A stretch of DNA of 64,000 nt. Source: an uncultured delta proteobacterium (GTDB lineage Bacteria; Desulfobacterota; Deferrisomatia; Deferrisomatales; JACRMM01). The stretch spans positions 140,313-204,312 of the forward strand of contig CAVPOV010000005.1 in NCBI GenBank assembly GCA_963707045.1. Direction: 5' to 3'. Below are positions 12,574-27,916 of the stretch, one piece after another (within the stretch, counting starts at the first letter, position 1; every line of letters begins with the position of its first letter). A program made the translations under genes and the position numbers. Below the pieces are notes generated by a model, which made no database searches, was not told the DNA's origin, and saw nothing but the letters and a program-made list of their open reading frames with translations.

Positions 12574-13298
12574 TCGGGCCGAGGCTGCTGGCGGAACTGT
12601 CCCTCCTCGGCGGGCTCCTGGCCCTGGACCGGACGGCGTTTCTCCAGTGCATGGTCTCGCGCCCCCTCGCGGGGGGCACCCTGGCGGGCTGGGTCATGGG
12701 GGCGCCGCTGCTGGGTCTCGCGTGCGGAGCGCTCGTCGAACTGCTCTGGCTCATGGACCTGCCGATGGGCGCCGCGGTTCCCCCCGACGAGACCCTGGTG
12801 GGCGTCCTCGCCCCGGTGTTCGCCGCCCTGGCTCCCGAACCGTGGAGCTGGGAGGCCCGGGTTTCCGTGGGCGTGCTCCTGGCCGTCCCCTTCGGCGCGC
12901 TGGGACGGCGGCTGGACGTCCTGGTCCGGCGGTGGAACGCCGGGCTGCTCGAGTCGGCGCGTCGCGACCTGGCGGAGGGCCGGGAGCCGGGACTGGGCCG
13001 CCGCCATCTCCAGGGTGCCCTCCGGTTCTTCGGGGCGGGCGCCGTGGCGACGGGGGCGGGGGCGTGGGCGGGCGGATGGGCGATCGCGACCGGGGCCGCG
13101 CGCCTGCCGGCCGAGACGGTGGCGGGGCTCGAACTCATGGAGTCTTCGCTGCCGTTCCTCGGGGCGGCTGCGGTGCTGGCGGGGCTCGGCCTGCGAAAGC
13201 ACGCACCCTGGTTCACCCTGGGGGTTCTCTGCGCGCTCTCGGCCCGGCGCGGAGGCGAACTGCTGGCGCACCTGGGAGGGAAGCCGTGGCGGCGCTGA
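12570..13298 (+). CDS. PTS mannose-family EIIC membrane component
   Basis: Intact 242-aa polytopic hydrophobic ORF between EIIB and EIID. ATGA overlap with EIIB. Confidence 0.7.
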   Translation: MIGPRLLAELSLLGGLLALDRTAFLQCMVSRPLAGGTLAGWVMGAPLLGLACGALVELLWLMDLPMGAAVPPDETLVGVLAPVFAALAPEPWSWEARVSVGVLLAVPFGALGRRLDVLVRRWNAGLLESARRDLAEGREPGLGRRHLQGALRFFGAGAVATGAGAWAGGWAIATGAARLPAETVAGLELMESSLPFLGAAAVLAGLGLRKHAPWFTLGVLCALSARRGGELLAHLGGKPWRR

Positions 13299-14032
13299 GG
13301 CGGAGGGATCTCGCGCGGTGCTTCGGCCGGAGCCTCTGGCTGCAGGCTTCCTGGAGCTTCCGCGGCATGCAGGGCCTGGGGTTCGCCTACGCCCTGGAGC
13401 CGGCCCTGCGCCGGCTCCACGGGAACGGGCCGAGGTACCGCAGCGCGGTGGCGCGGCACCTGGAGTTCTTCAACACGCACCCCTTTCTCGCCGCGGCGGT
13501 TCTCGGGGCCGTGATCCGCCTCGAGCAGGGGGGGGAGGGGGGCACGGAGGGGAGCGTGCGCCTCAAGCAGGCTCTGATGGGTCCCTACGGCGCCGTCGGG
13601 GACAGCCTGTACTGGGGAGCCGTGAAGCCCCTGCTCGTTCTCGCCAGCCTCCACCTGGCGTACCAAGGACGGGTGGTCGCGCCGCTGCTCTTCGTCTCGG
13701 CCTTCACGGTCGCGAATCTCGGGGGCCGGCTCGCGGCGTTCTGCGCCGGCTATCGCAACGGGGAGGGCGTCGTGGGGGTCATGGCCCGGCCGGATCTGCT
13801 GGGCTGGGCGCGGCGTCTCAAGGTCGTCTGCGCCGTCCTGCTCGGCACGCTGGTGTCGATGGCGGGGCGCGTCACCCTGCTGGACGCGTGGGCCGTTCCC
13901 GGATGGGCCTGGGGTGGCACCGGCTGGGCCTTGGCGCTCCTGACGGCCTGGCTGCTGCACCGGCGCGCCAACGTGGTCTGGCTGGTGTACCTCGTGGCCC
14001 TGCTGAGCGCGGGAATCGCGGCATGGCGGTAG
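13286..14032 (+). CDS. PTS mannose-family EIID membrane component
   Basis: 'RSLWLQASWSFRGMQGLGFAYALEP' and 'HLEFFNTHPFLAAAVLG' are typical EIID motifs. GTG at 13286 overlaps the end of EIIC. Confidence 0.78.
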   Translation: MAALRRRDLARCFGRSLWLQASWSFRGMQGLGFAYALEPALRRLHGNGPRYRSAVARHLEFFNTHPFLAAAVLGAVIRLEQGGEGGTEGSVRLKQALMGPYGAVGDSLYWGAVKPLLVLASLHLAYQGRVVAPLLFVSAFTVANLGGRLAAFCAGYRNGEGVVGVMARPDLLGWARRLKVVCAVLLGTLVSMAGRVTLLDAWAVPGWAWGGTGWALALLTAWLLHRRANVVWLVYLVALLSAGIAAWR

Positions 14033-14313
14033 AGGCGAACCCGCCGCAGCAGCGGATCTTCGAGGTGGTGAACTCGCTCGGCCTGCACGCCAGGGCCGCG
14101 GCCCTGCTCGTGCAGACGGCCCAGCGGTTCCGGTCGGAGATCGAGGTGTGCAAGGACGACCTGGCGGTGAACGGCAAGAGCATCATGGGGGTCCTGATGC
14201 TGGCCGCCGGGAGGGGGTCCCTCCTCACGGTGCGGGCAACGGGGGAAGACGCGGGCGACGCTTTGGAGGAGATCGGGCGGTTGATCCGGAACGGCTTCTG
14301 GGAGAAGGAGTAG
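14023..14313 (+). CDS. ptsH: phosphocarrier protein HPr
   Basis: 96 aa with 'NSLGLHARAAA' (His-15 site) and 'NGKSIMGVLML' (Ser-46 site). Confidence 0.9.
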   Translation: MAVEANPPQQRIFEVVNSLGLHARAAALLVQTAQRFRSEIEVCKDDLAVNGKSIMGVLMLAAGRGSLLTVRATGEDAGDALEEIGRLIRNGFWEKE

Positions 14314-14316
14314 GAC

Positions 14317-16129
<1,813 letters not shown>

Positions 16130-16228
16130 GCGACGGACGCGAGAGGCTATTTTGCACGTTTCCAGGCTGCCGAAGCCACGCCATCCCAGGATGCCATGAA
16201 CGGCCCCGCGGCCGCGGAGGAAGAGACC

Positions 16229-17396
<1,168 letters not shown>

Positions 17397-17439
17397 CCGG
17401 GACACGAGGCGGCCCAGCCGCGAGGAGGAAGACATCGCC

Positions 17440-20327
<2,888 letters not shown>

Positions 20328-20343
20328 GCCGGCCTGGACTGCC

Positions 20344-20372
20344 GGCGGCGGGGTGCTAGACTCCCCGCCGCC
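20344..20372 (+). terminator. 10-bp perfect GC hairpin (GGCGGCGGGG/CCCCGCCGCC) 17 nt after the icd stop
   Basis: Inverted repeat read directly. No U-tract. Confidence 0.4.
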
Positions 20373-20401
20373 CGGCCGCAGACTGTCAGAGGAGGTCACC
20401 G

Positions 20402-20656
20402 ATGAAGAGGAACGAGCTGGTCTACCTGGGAGGGATCCTGGCCCTCGGCGCGCTGCTTCTCGCCAACCTCCTGAAGCCCGGGACGCCCCAGGCCTTCAGC
20501 CTTCCGGAGCCGTCGGGGCCGCCGGTGGCGATCTCGGCCGCCGGGGATTCGGCGTGGGCCATCGTGGGGAACCGGATCTACTACGTATCCCTCAAGAGCC
20601 GGGGCGAGCTGACGAACCGAACGATCACCGTCATCGACGACGAGGATCTGAAATAG
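20402..20656 (+). CDS. small membrane-anchored hypothetical protein (84 aa)
   Basis: GGAGG SD; N-terminal hydrophobic helix 'LVYLGGILALGALLLANLL'; 13 nt upstream of the next ORF. Confidence 0.55.
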   Translation: MKRNELVYLGGILALGALLLANLLKPGTPQAFSLPEPSGPPVAISAAGDSAWAIVGNRIYYVSLKSRGELTNRTITVIDDEDLK

Positions 20657-20669
20657 CAGGAGGACGCCG

Positions 20670-21935
20670 ATGAGCGGACGACTCGCTCGGCTGCTGCTCT
20701 CCCTTCTCATCTCCGCCTCGGCCGTCGGGGCCCAGGAGGTCTCGCCCGCCCGGATCCAGGCCGGGCAGCCTCTGCCGGCGCTCTCCGGGGTGGACCTGGA
20801 GGGGTCGCCGCTGCAGCTCGAGGTCTCCCCCGAGGGGCCGGTGCTGGTCCTCTCCTTCTGGTCGATCCACTGCGGGGACTGCATCCGGGAGCTCGACGAC
20901 CTCCGAGCGATCCGGCGCGAGTTCCCGGCCGACGGCGTGAGGATCGTCGCGGTGAACACCGACTCCGGCCTGCCCGTGAGCCGGGTCGCGGGGTTCGTGC
21001 GGCGCTACGAAGCCTCCCGGGGCGAACTGGGGCTCACCCACCTACTGGACCGGGACGGCGTCATCGTTTCGGCCCTCGGCATCCGGTACATCCCCCTGCT
21101 CATCGTCGCCGACCGGTCCGGGCGCGTCTCGAGCGTGCTCACCGGCTACCAGCCCTCCGACCGCCCCCGCGTGGCCCAGGCCATGGAGGAGGGGAGGCTG
21201 GCGCTCGGGGCGTGGAGCGAGGGGCTGCGCGGACGCCTGCGGACGGTCCTTCGGGGGCCGGCCCCGGGCGGCGGGTCCATCGAGTGGGGAACCTTTCGGG
21301 TCGAGGACGGGATGAGCCTGTTCGGGCTGTACGACGCCTCAGGCTTTCTCGCGGACGCCGGGGGCCGGAGGGACCGGGCGACGGAGGTCGCGAGGGTCGA
21401 GTCGGTGTTGGCCGAGCGCCTCAAGGTGCTCCTGCTGTGGGAATCGCTCGCGAGTCTCGACGTCCGCCTGGCTGCCCCGTCGGAGCGGCCGTTCGGGCCC
21501 GGGGGGATCCAGGTGCCCGAGAGCCCCCTGGCGGAGAGCCCGGCGTGGAAGCGTCTGTACGAGGGCCTCCGCTTCGACGAGCTCTACCGCGTGGAGGACA
21601 GCTCCAAGGTCTGGGTCGGCGACGAGCTGTGGGCGGGCATGGTGGGCGACGTGGATCTGGGGCGACTTCGGGAACGGCTCGTCGCCCTCGGGTTCCCCAA
21701 GGAGCCGACCCGGCTCCGCGTGGAGATCGTGAGCGACTTCGACTACAAGCCCCGGGCTGTCCTCCAGCGTTTTCGGAGGGCCTCCTTCCGCCTGCAGGCC
21801 GTGCAGGGGGAGTACGTGGTGTACTACGGCGACGCCGAGAGCTTCGCCCGGGAACTCAGCGGGATCGAGGGAGTGCCGTTCCGCGTGTTCGTCGAGGTCC
21901 TCACCCCGGAGACGGTCCGGGTCGAGGTGTTCTGA
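20670..21935 (+). CDS. TlpA/redoxin-like thiol-disulfide oxidoreductase domain protein with a ~250-aa C-terminal domain of unknown function
   Basis: Signal peptide, then 'VLVLSFWSIHCGDCIRELDDL' (thioredoxin-fold CxxC) and 'YIPLLIVADRSGRV'. I do not recognise the C-terminal half. Confidence 0.7.
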   Translation: MSGRLARLLLSLLISASAVGAQEVSPARIQAGQPLPALSGVDLEGSPLQLEVSPEGPVLVLSFWSIHCGDCIRELDDLRAIRREFPADGVRIVAVNTDSGLPVSRVAGFVRRYEASRGELGLTHLLDRDGVIVSALGIRYIPLLIVADRSGRVSSVLTGYQPSDRPRVAQAMEEGRLALGAWSEGLRGRLRTVLRGPAPGGGSIEWGTFRVEDGMSLFGLYDASGFLADAGGRRDRATEVARVESVLAERLKVLLLWESLASLDVRLAAPSERPFGPGGIQVPESPLAESPAWKRLYEGLRFDELYRVEDSSKVWVGDELWAGMVGDVDLGRLRERLVALGFPKEPTRLRVEIVSDFDYKPRAVLQRFRRASFRLQAVQGEYVVYYGDAESFARELSGIEGVPFRVFVEVLTPETVRVEVF

Positions 21936-21948
21936 GGCCCTCCGGGCG

Positions 21949-22581
21949 TCAGGACAGGAGTCGGGGCAGGAGGAACAGGGCCAGGTTGCCCGAGGCGTGG
22001 ACCAGGAAGGGCGCCCAGAGACTTCCCGAGGCCTCGTAGACGGCGCAGAAGAGCACGCCGCCCACGGCCTGGACCCAGGGGACGGGCGTGCGCAGCCCGT
22101 GGGCCGCGGCGAACAGGCCGGCCACCAGCACCGTAGCGACCACCGGGTCCAGGCGTCGGCGCAGGGCCCCGTACAGGACGCCGCGGAAGACCAGTTCCTC
22201 GCAGGCCGGCGCCACCAGGGCTCCCACCGCCACAATCGTTCCCATGGCCGCGAGGCTGACCTCCGCTGCCGGGGCGCCGCCCCCGGCCAGGTGGCGCGCC
22301 AGGCTCCACCCCGCGAGAAGGCGGCCGGCCGCCTCAACGCCGACGACGAGGAGCCCGAACCCGGCGGCCGCCAGGCAACCGACGACCCAGCCTCTCCGCG
22401 CCCCTGCCGCATCCAGGCCGAGGTCCCGCAGGCCCCACCCCCGCAGCCGCCAATAGACAGCCGCCCCGAGGATCTCCAGGAACCGGACGCCTCCGGTGAT
22501 CAAGAGGGACTTCGCGGCTCCGATGGGCCCCACCGCCGCCGCGATGGCGGTGTCGAGGAGCACCAGTACCCCGAGGAACAC
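21949..22581 (-). CDS. CPBP family intramembrane glutamic endopeptidase (start uncertain)
   Basis: Polytopic protein with 'APACEELVFRGVLYG' (EExxxR) and 'FAAAHG' ... 'LVHASGNL' motifs. A GTG start is assumed at 22581. Confidence 0.75.
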   Translation of the reverse strand: MFLGVLVLLDTAIAAAVGPIGAAKSLLITGGVRFLEILGAAVYWRLRGWGLRDLGLDAAGARRGWVVGCLAAAGFGLLVVGVEAAGRLLAGWSLARHLAGGGAPAAEVSLAAMGTIVAVGALVAPACEELVFRGVLYGALRRRLDPVVATVLVAGLFAAAHGLRTPVPWVQAVGGVLFCAVYEASGSLWAPFLVHASGNLALFLLPRLLS

Positions 22582-22622
22582 CAGAGCCTCGGCGACGGCG
22601 GGGCCGCCGCGGTCCGGCCTCC

Positions 22623-23942
22623 CTAGCGTCCCCCGCGCCACCCCGTCCTCCACAGCGCCGCGTAGGCGCGCTCCTTGACGTACCACTCCTCGGCCCCCTC
22701 CAGCACTTCGCGCAGGGCTCGGCGCCCCAGTTCGGTGCCCTCCACCCGCCCGAGGGCCTCGGCGGCCGCGTAGCGGACGTTCACCACCGGGTCGCAGAGC
22801 GCCTCCACGAGGAGGGGGACGGCGTTCGCACCGAGCGGCGGAGTCGCGCGCACCGCGTAGAAGCGGGTGGCCGGATCCTCGGAGGCGAGAGCCGCCTCCA
22901 CGGCCCGGCCCACGGGAGCGGTAGGGGAGGATCCCGCGAGTGCCCCCGCCGCGAGGGCCGCCGAGAGTGCCGCGGCGGACACGATGGCGGCGGCGGGCTC
23001 CCACAGACGGTGGCGGATGCGGGCCCCGGAGCCGTGGGCGAGCGAGGCGAGCAGCCAGCACAGCGCGAGAGGGCAGCCGAAGAAGAGCGCCGCGGCGGTG
23101 GCGCGGCGCAGGGCCCACCCCCGGTCCGTCGCGTCCGACAGGTTCTGCCACGCGGCCCGACGGCCCGGGAGGTCTTCCGCCCACGCCACGAGGTGCCCCC
23201 CCCGTTCGAGCGACACGCCGGCCTGGGAGGTGCGGACGAGCACGTCGGCCGCCTGCGGGTCGGGGACGCAGAGAATCCCCAGGGAGGCCGCCTGCCGGCA
23301 GAACCCCTCCCGCTCGGCCGCGGGCACGTCCTCCGCCACGGCCGCCGTGGGCTGGGTCAGCGCCCGCAGGGGTTTGAGGGACTCGGCGGGGTACAGGGTC
23401 CACCGGTAGTAGAAGCCGTCGAGGAGGAGTCCCACGCCCGTGGGCAGCAGCCAGCGGTCCCGCAACCGCGTGAAGGGGCCCTCGGGGGCGGTGGCCCAGG
23501 GCACCAGCCCCAGCAGAACCAGCGCCAGCGCGGCCGCGCGCCGGACGAGCCCCGCCCGGGCGATCAGCGCGCCCCGGCGCGACTGGGTGGCCGCCGCACC
23601 CAACGCCACGGCCCCGAGCATCACGCACAGGGCGAGGTCTCCTCCCGCGAGGGCCGCGGCCGGCACCGCCGCCGCCGCCCACGGCAGGACCCGCCCGAGT
23701 CGCCCGGGGAGCAGCGACGTCACCCGGGCCCACACGCCGAGGAGGGTGGCGGCCCCGAGGCCGAGGCTGAGGCCGAAGAACAGGGCCCCCGCCCAGGCGG
23801 GAGCCCAGGAGGCCATGACCTCCCAGTGGCCGTTGCCGGGCAGCGCCACCAGCCCGGCGTCGGCCAGGGCCCGGTTCTTGGCGAGCAGGTGGAGCGCCGC
23901 CTCCCGGGTGCGGTAGGCGCCGAGGGCCGCCCCCCACGCCAT
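22623..23942 (-). CDS. polytopic membrane protein with a C-terminal HEAT-repeat domain
   Basis: 439 aa from the ATG at 23942. Multiple hydrophobic segments, then 'LLVEALCDPVVNVRYAAAEALGRV', which is HEAT/PBS-lyase-like. Confidence 0.6.
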   Translation of the reverse strand: MAWGAALGAYRTREAALHLLAKNRALADAGLVALPGNGHWEVMASWAPAWAGALFFGLSLGLGAATLLGVWARVTSLLPGRLGRVLPWAAAAVPAAALAGGDLALCVMLGAVALGAAATQSRRGALIARAGLVRRAAALALVLLGLVPWATAPEGPFTRLRDRWLLPTGVGLLLDGFYYRWTLYPAESLKPLRALTQPTAAVAEDVPAAEREGFCRQAASLGILCVPDPQAADVLVRTSQAGVSLERGGHLVAWAEDLPGRRAAWQNLSDATDRGWALRRATAAALFFGCPLALCWLLASLAHGSGARIRHRLWEPAAAIVSAAALSAALAAGALAGSSPTAPVGRAVEAALASEDPATRFYAVRATPPLGANAVPLLVEALCDPVVNVRYAAAEALGRVEGTELGRRALREVLEGAEEWYVKERAYAALWRTGWRGGR

Positions 23943-23980
23943 GCCCCACAGTTGGCACGTCCGAAGGGGGAGGGGGACTC

Positions 23981-24409
23981 TCACGACTCGGCGGCCGCCA
24001 GGGCGACCCACAGGGCCATGACGATCCCGAAGGCGGCGTTCGCCGCCAGGACGAAGGCGGGCGTCAGGGTCCCGAGGGACAGGCCCATGAGCCCCTTCCC
24101 CTGGAGGGTCGGGAAGACGTAGAAGAGCTGCACGGCCGAGGGGAGGAGGCTGTAGAGGAGGCCCGCCCCAAGGAGCCCGCGGCGGCCCAGGTGGGCGACG
24201 GGGGCGAAGCCGGCGCCCCAGACGGCCCCCCAGAGCAGGCGCGGCCGCAGCCACGGCCAGGTCAGCTCGGGCCGCAGGGCGACGTCGGCCCACTGGGCGA
24301 GGCCCCAGCGTCCCCCGGCCCACAGCGCCACGGAGTTCGCCAGGGCCCCGAGGATGCCCCCCGTGATGCACGCGCCGAGCAGGAGCAGGAACGGACGTTT
24401 CGGTCTCAA
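23981..24409 (-). CDS. small ~4-TM membrane protein, unknown function
   Basis: TTG start after GGGAGG; 'FLLLLGACITGGILGALANSVALW...'. First gene of a three-gene minus-strand set. Confidence 0.5.
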   Translation of the reverse strand: MRPKRPFLLLLGACITGGILGALANSVALWAGGRWGLAQWADVALRPELTWPWLRPRLLWGAVWGAGFAPVAHLGRRGLLGAGLLYSLLPSAVQLFYVFPTLQGKGLMGLSLGTLTPAFVLAANAAFGIVMALWVALAAAES

Positions 24410-24599
24410 GGTGGCAGCCTCCCGGGCCGGGAACGGGGAGGCCCAAAGTCTACTCCAGGTCGCGGCGCCATCGGTAGGGCGGACCCGCGCCGGCGGCGTC
24501 GGGCGACGCCCGGGCGTCCGTGGACCCCGGCGGACGCCTGGGGTAAGTTTCCGCTCGACGAAACGGCTCGCCCGTCGGGCCATGGCCGGAGGCGAGGGC

Positions 24600-26051
24600 A
24601 TGAGGGTCTGGATGATCGGCGCCGAGATGGCGCCCTACTCGAAGGTGGGCGGTCTCGGGGACGTCCTAGGGGCGCTCCCGGCCGCGCTCGCGCGGCTGGG
24701 GTGCGAGATCACGGTCATCCTGCCCCACCTCCCGGCCATGGATTCGCCGCGCTTCGGGCTCTCCCCCACGGGGATCGAAGTTCGTGCCCACGTGGACGGC
24801 GAGTGGCGCACGGCCGACGTCCTGGAGGCACGGGGAGCCGAGGGCGTGCGGGTGCTCTTCGTCCGCTACCCCCCGTACTTCCACCGGGAGGGCCTGTACG
24901 GGGGGGCGGGCGGCGACCATCCGGACAGCGCCCAGCGTTTCGCCTTCTTCTCCTTCGCCGCCATCGAGGCCGGAAAGAGGCTCGAACCCCCGCCCGACGT
25001 GGTCCACAGCCACGACTGGCAGACCGGGCTCGTCCCGCTGCTCCTGCGTTCGCCGGAGCACTACGGCGGCGACGCCGTCCTCGGGGGCGCGCTGCGCGTT
25101 CACACCATCCACAACCTCTCCTACCAGGGGCTCTTCCCGGGGTCGGTGCTCCCCTCCCTCGGGGTTTCCTGGGCCCACTTCACCCACCTGGGGCTCGAGT
25201 TCTACGGGCTCGTGAACTTCCTCAAGGCCGGGCTCGTGTACGCGGACCTCCTGACCACGGTGTCCCCGACCTACGCCCGGGAGATCCGCCGGCCCGAGTT
25301 CGCGTGGGGGCTGGAGGGCGTGCTCCAGGAGCGGGCCGCCGTGCTCCACGGGATCCTGAACGGCATCGACGTGGACGCCTGGGATCCGGAGGAGGACCCC
25401 CACCTGCCCGCGCGCTACTCGGCCCGGCGCACGGTGGGGAGGAGGGAGAACCGGGACGCCCTGAAGCGTGAGTTCGGCCTGCCCGGCGACGCCCGCCCCG
25501 TCGTCGGGCTCGTCAACCGCCTCGTGGCCCAGAAGGGCATCGACCTGCTGCTGGGCCTCGAGCCCGCCCTCGAGGACCTGGGCCTCCAGTGGGTCGTCCT
25601 GGGGAGCGGGGAGGCCCACTACGAGGCGGCCGTCGAGGACCTCGCGGCGAGACACCCCGGCACGGTCGCGGCGAAGATCGGGTTCGACGACCCGGTGGCC
25701 CACCGCGTCTACGGGGGCTCCGACCTGTTCTGCATGCCGAGCCTGTTCGAACCCTGCGGCCTGGGGCAGATGATCGCCCTGCGCTACGGGAGCCTCCCCG
25801 TGGTGCGGCGCACGGGCGGGCTCGCCGACACAGTGCGGGACGTGGCCGAGCCCGGCGGCGTCGGCTTCGTCTTCGACGAGGCGACTCCCCAGGCCCTGGA
25901 GGCGGCGCTGCGCAGGGCGCGGGCCTTCCTCGCCGAGCACCGGAGGGCGGCGCCGGTGCGGCGCAGGGCCATGGGCAGGGACTTCTCCTGGAAGGCCTCG
26001 GCGCGGCGCTACCTCGATCTCTACCGGCGCGGCCTGGAGGGGGCTCCGTGA
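24600..26051 (+). CDS. glgA: glycogen synthase (ADP-glucose type)
   Basis: 'MRVWMIGAEMAPYSKVGGLGDVLGALP', 'HDWQTGL', 'PSLFEPCGLGQMIALRYGSLPVVRRTGGLADTV'. Intact. Confidence 0.92.
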   Translation: MRVWMIGAEMAPYSKVGGLGDVLGALPAALARLGCEITVILPHLPAMDSPRFGLSPTGIEVRAHVDGEWRTADVLEARGAEGVRVLFVRYPPYFHREGLYGGAGGDHPDSAQRFAFFSFAAIEAGKRLEPPPDVVHSHDWQTGLVPLLLRSPEHYGGDAVLGGALRVHTIHNLSYQGLFPGSVLPSLGVSWAHFTHLGLEFYGLVNFLKAGLVYADLLTTVSPTYAREIRRPEFAWGLEGVLQERAAVLHGILNGIDVDAWDPEEDPHLPARYSARRTVGRRENRDALKREFGLPGDARPVVGLVNRLVAQKGIDLLLGLEPALEDLGLQWVVLGSGEAHYEAAVEDLAARHPGTVAAKIGFDDPVAHRVYGGSDLFCMPSLFEPCGLGQMIALRYGSLPVVRRTGGLADTVRDVAEPGGVGFVFDEATPQALEAALRRARAFLAEHRRAAPVRRRAMGRDFSWKASARRYLDLYRRGLEGAP

Positions 26052-26100
26052 GGGGCCGGCCGCCACGGCCACTCGGAAGGGCGACGGCCCGGGAGCGGAG

Positions 26101-26919
26101 ATGGACGCGATAGTCTACCGGCTGAGGTTCTTCGCAGCCGTTCTGACCGGAGTCCTGGTCACGGGCACGGCGGGCTTCATGTGGCTCGAGCGCTCCTCCT
26201 TCGTGGACGCCCTCTACTACACGGTCGTGACGGTGGCCACCGTGGGGTACGGCGACATCACGCCGCGGACCCACGGGGGCAAGTTCCTCGCCATGGGACT
26301 GATCGTCGTCGGGGTGGGCACGTTCCTCGGGGTGTTCGCCAACGCCACCGAACTTCTCCTCGTGCGGCGCCAGGAGCGGCTCCGGCGGGAGCGACTGAGC
26401 ATGGCCATCGGCCTGTTCCTGAGCGAGATCGGCACCGAACTGCTGCGGATGCTCGCGGGCTGCGACCCGGACCTCACCGAGATCCGGGCGACGCTGGCGA
26501 TCCGCCCGGACTGGGGCAAGGCCGACTTCGGAGCGGCCGCCCGGGCCGTGGCCAGCCGCGAGTTCCGCCTCGACCCGGAGCGGGTGCCGCTGGACCGGCT
26601 CCACGAGTTCCTCTCGGCGCGGCGAGACCTGCTGCTCCGCCTCCTCGAGAACCCGAACCTGGTGGAGCACGAGGCCTTCACCGACCTCCTGCGGGCCGTG
26701 TTCCACCTCAAGGAGGAGCTCGCCAGCCGGCCCGGCTTCTCCGACCTGCCCGAGACCGACCGCAACCACCTGGCCGGCGACGCGAAGCGGGTGTACCCGC
26801 TCCTGGCTCGCCAGTGGCTCGAGCACATGAGCTACCTGAAGGCCAGCTACAGTTACCTCTACTCCCTGGCCGTGCGCACCAATCCCTTCTCCCAGGCCGC
26901 TTCGGCCGTCGTCCGGTGA
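26101..26919 (+). CDS. two-TM potassium channel (KcsA-like pore) with a helical cytoplasmic C-terminal domain
   Basis: Selectivity filter 'TVATVGYGDITP' between two hydrophobic helices. Confidence 0.85.
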   Translation: MDAIVYRLRFFAAVLTGVLVTGTAGFMWLERSSFVDALYYTVVTVATVGYGDITPRTHGGKFLAMGLIVVGVGTFLGVFANATELLLVRRQERLRRERLSMAIGLFLSEIGTELLRMLAGCDPDLTEIRATLAIRPDWGKADFGAAARAVASREFRLDPERVPLDRLHEFLSARRDLLLRLLENPNLVEHEAFTDLLRAVFHLKEELASRPGFSDLPETDRNHLAGDAKRVYPLLARQWLEHMSYLKASYSYLYSLAVRTNPFSQAASAVVR

Positions 26920-27503
26920 AGGGGGCGCCACTGCGGTTCGCCGGCGCCGACGTCGGGTACGCGCCCGGAGACCGGGAACTCTGCGCCGCCGTCGTCGTCC
27001 TCGAGGAGCCCGGCTTCTCCCTTCTCGAATCCTCCCTCTCCCGGGGGCCGGTGCCCGCTCCCTACCGCCCCGGTCACCTCGGCGAGCGAGAGGCGCCCGG
27101 CATCGTCCGCGCCCTCGGCGGCCTGCGGCGGCCCCCGGACGTCCTCCTCGTCGACGGACACGGGCGGGCCCACCCGCGGCGGTGGGGCGCGGCGTGCGCG
27201 GTGGGGAAGGCCGCGGCGTTCCCCACCGTGGGGGTGGCCAAGGACGTGCTCGTGGGGACGTACCGGGAGCCGGGCCTCGAGAGGGGCGAGTGGACCCCCC
27301 TGGTGGACCGGGGCGAGGTCGTGGGCGCGGCCGTGCGGACGCGGGCCTCGGTCCGGCCGGTCTTCGTCTCGGTGGGCTGCGGGATCGAACTGGAGGAGGC
27401 GGTCTCCCTCGTGCTGCGCGCCTCGGTGTGGCGCGTGCCCGAACCCATCCGGGAAGCCCACCGCCTCGCCCGGGAAACCCTCGCGGTCCCGGCGGCGCCG
27501 TGA
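26916..27503 (+). CDS. nfi: endonuclease V
   Basis: 'AGADVGY', 'YRPGHLGEREAP', 'VLLVDGHGRAHPRRWGAACAVG' and 'VGVAK' match Nfi motifs. GTGA overlap with the channel gene. Confidence 0.85.
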   Translation: MKGAPLRFAGADVGYAPGDRELCAAVVVLEEPGFSLLESSLSRGPVPAPYRPGHLGEREAPGIVRALGGLRRPPDVLLVDGHGRAHPRRWGAACAVGKAAAFPTVGVAKDVLVGTYREPGLERGEWTPLVDRGEVVGAAVRTRASVRPVFVSVGCGIELEEAVSLVLRASVWRVPEPIREAHRLARETLAVPAAP

Positions 27504-27900
27504 GCGCGAGATGCCGGTTCTGAGACATCGTGGCCAGCCGGATGCGCCTCCGGTGGGTGAAAAATCCCCCTCCCCGCTCCGACGGTGACCTCCCGCAGGG
27601 CCAACTGCCCTGCGCGGGTCCTCCGCCCCGATCCCCCCTGCGCCTCCCCTGGTTCAACCGGTCTAGTCCTCGCCCCATGCCACCCCCGGGGCCCGCGCTC
27701 TTGAACGGTCCGGGTAGGTCCCCAAATCGACGTCATCGGCCGCCGGTTTCGATCGATTGCCGTTGAAATGCTTTCGTTGAACCCCTTGTGGAACAAAGTG
27801 GCAATCTTTTTCCAATTCTAAGTGGCCCAGCAGCCCTGTCGCTCGGCGACAGCCGCCAACGGAGAGCGCTTTTCCACTCCTTCTCAACTAGACGACATTT

Positions 27901-27916
27901 AGGGTCGGATATTGCA
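27901..27916 (+). promoter_or_regulatory. weak sigma-54 -24/-12-like element (AGGGTCGGATATTGCA) ~230 nt upstream of the giant ORF
   Basis: GG and GC are spaced as in TGGCAC-N5-TTGCA and the -12 TTGCA is exact. The -24 half is poor, and the AT-richer context raises the chance of a random match. Confidence 0.25.

Noticed and set aside
16130-16228. SAH- or SAM-type riboswitch upstream of metK/ahcY ('CCAGGCUGCCGAAGCC', 'AACGGCC').
   Set aside because: There is only loose resemblance. The conserved GAGGAGCGCUGC / GGCGCUC pairing partners are not present, and the ahcY leader is only 43 nt.
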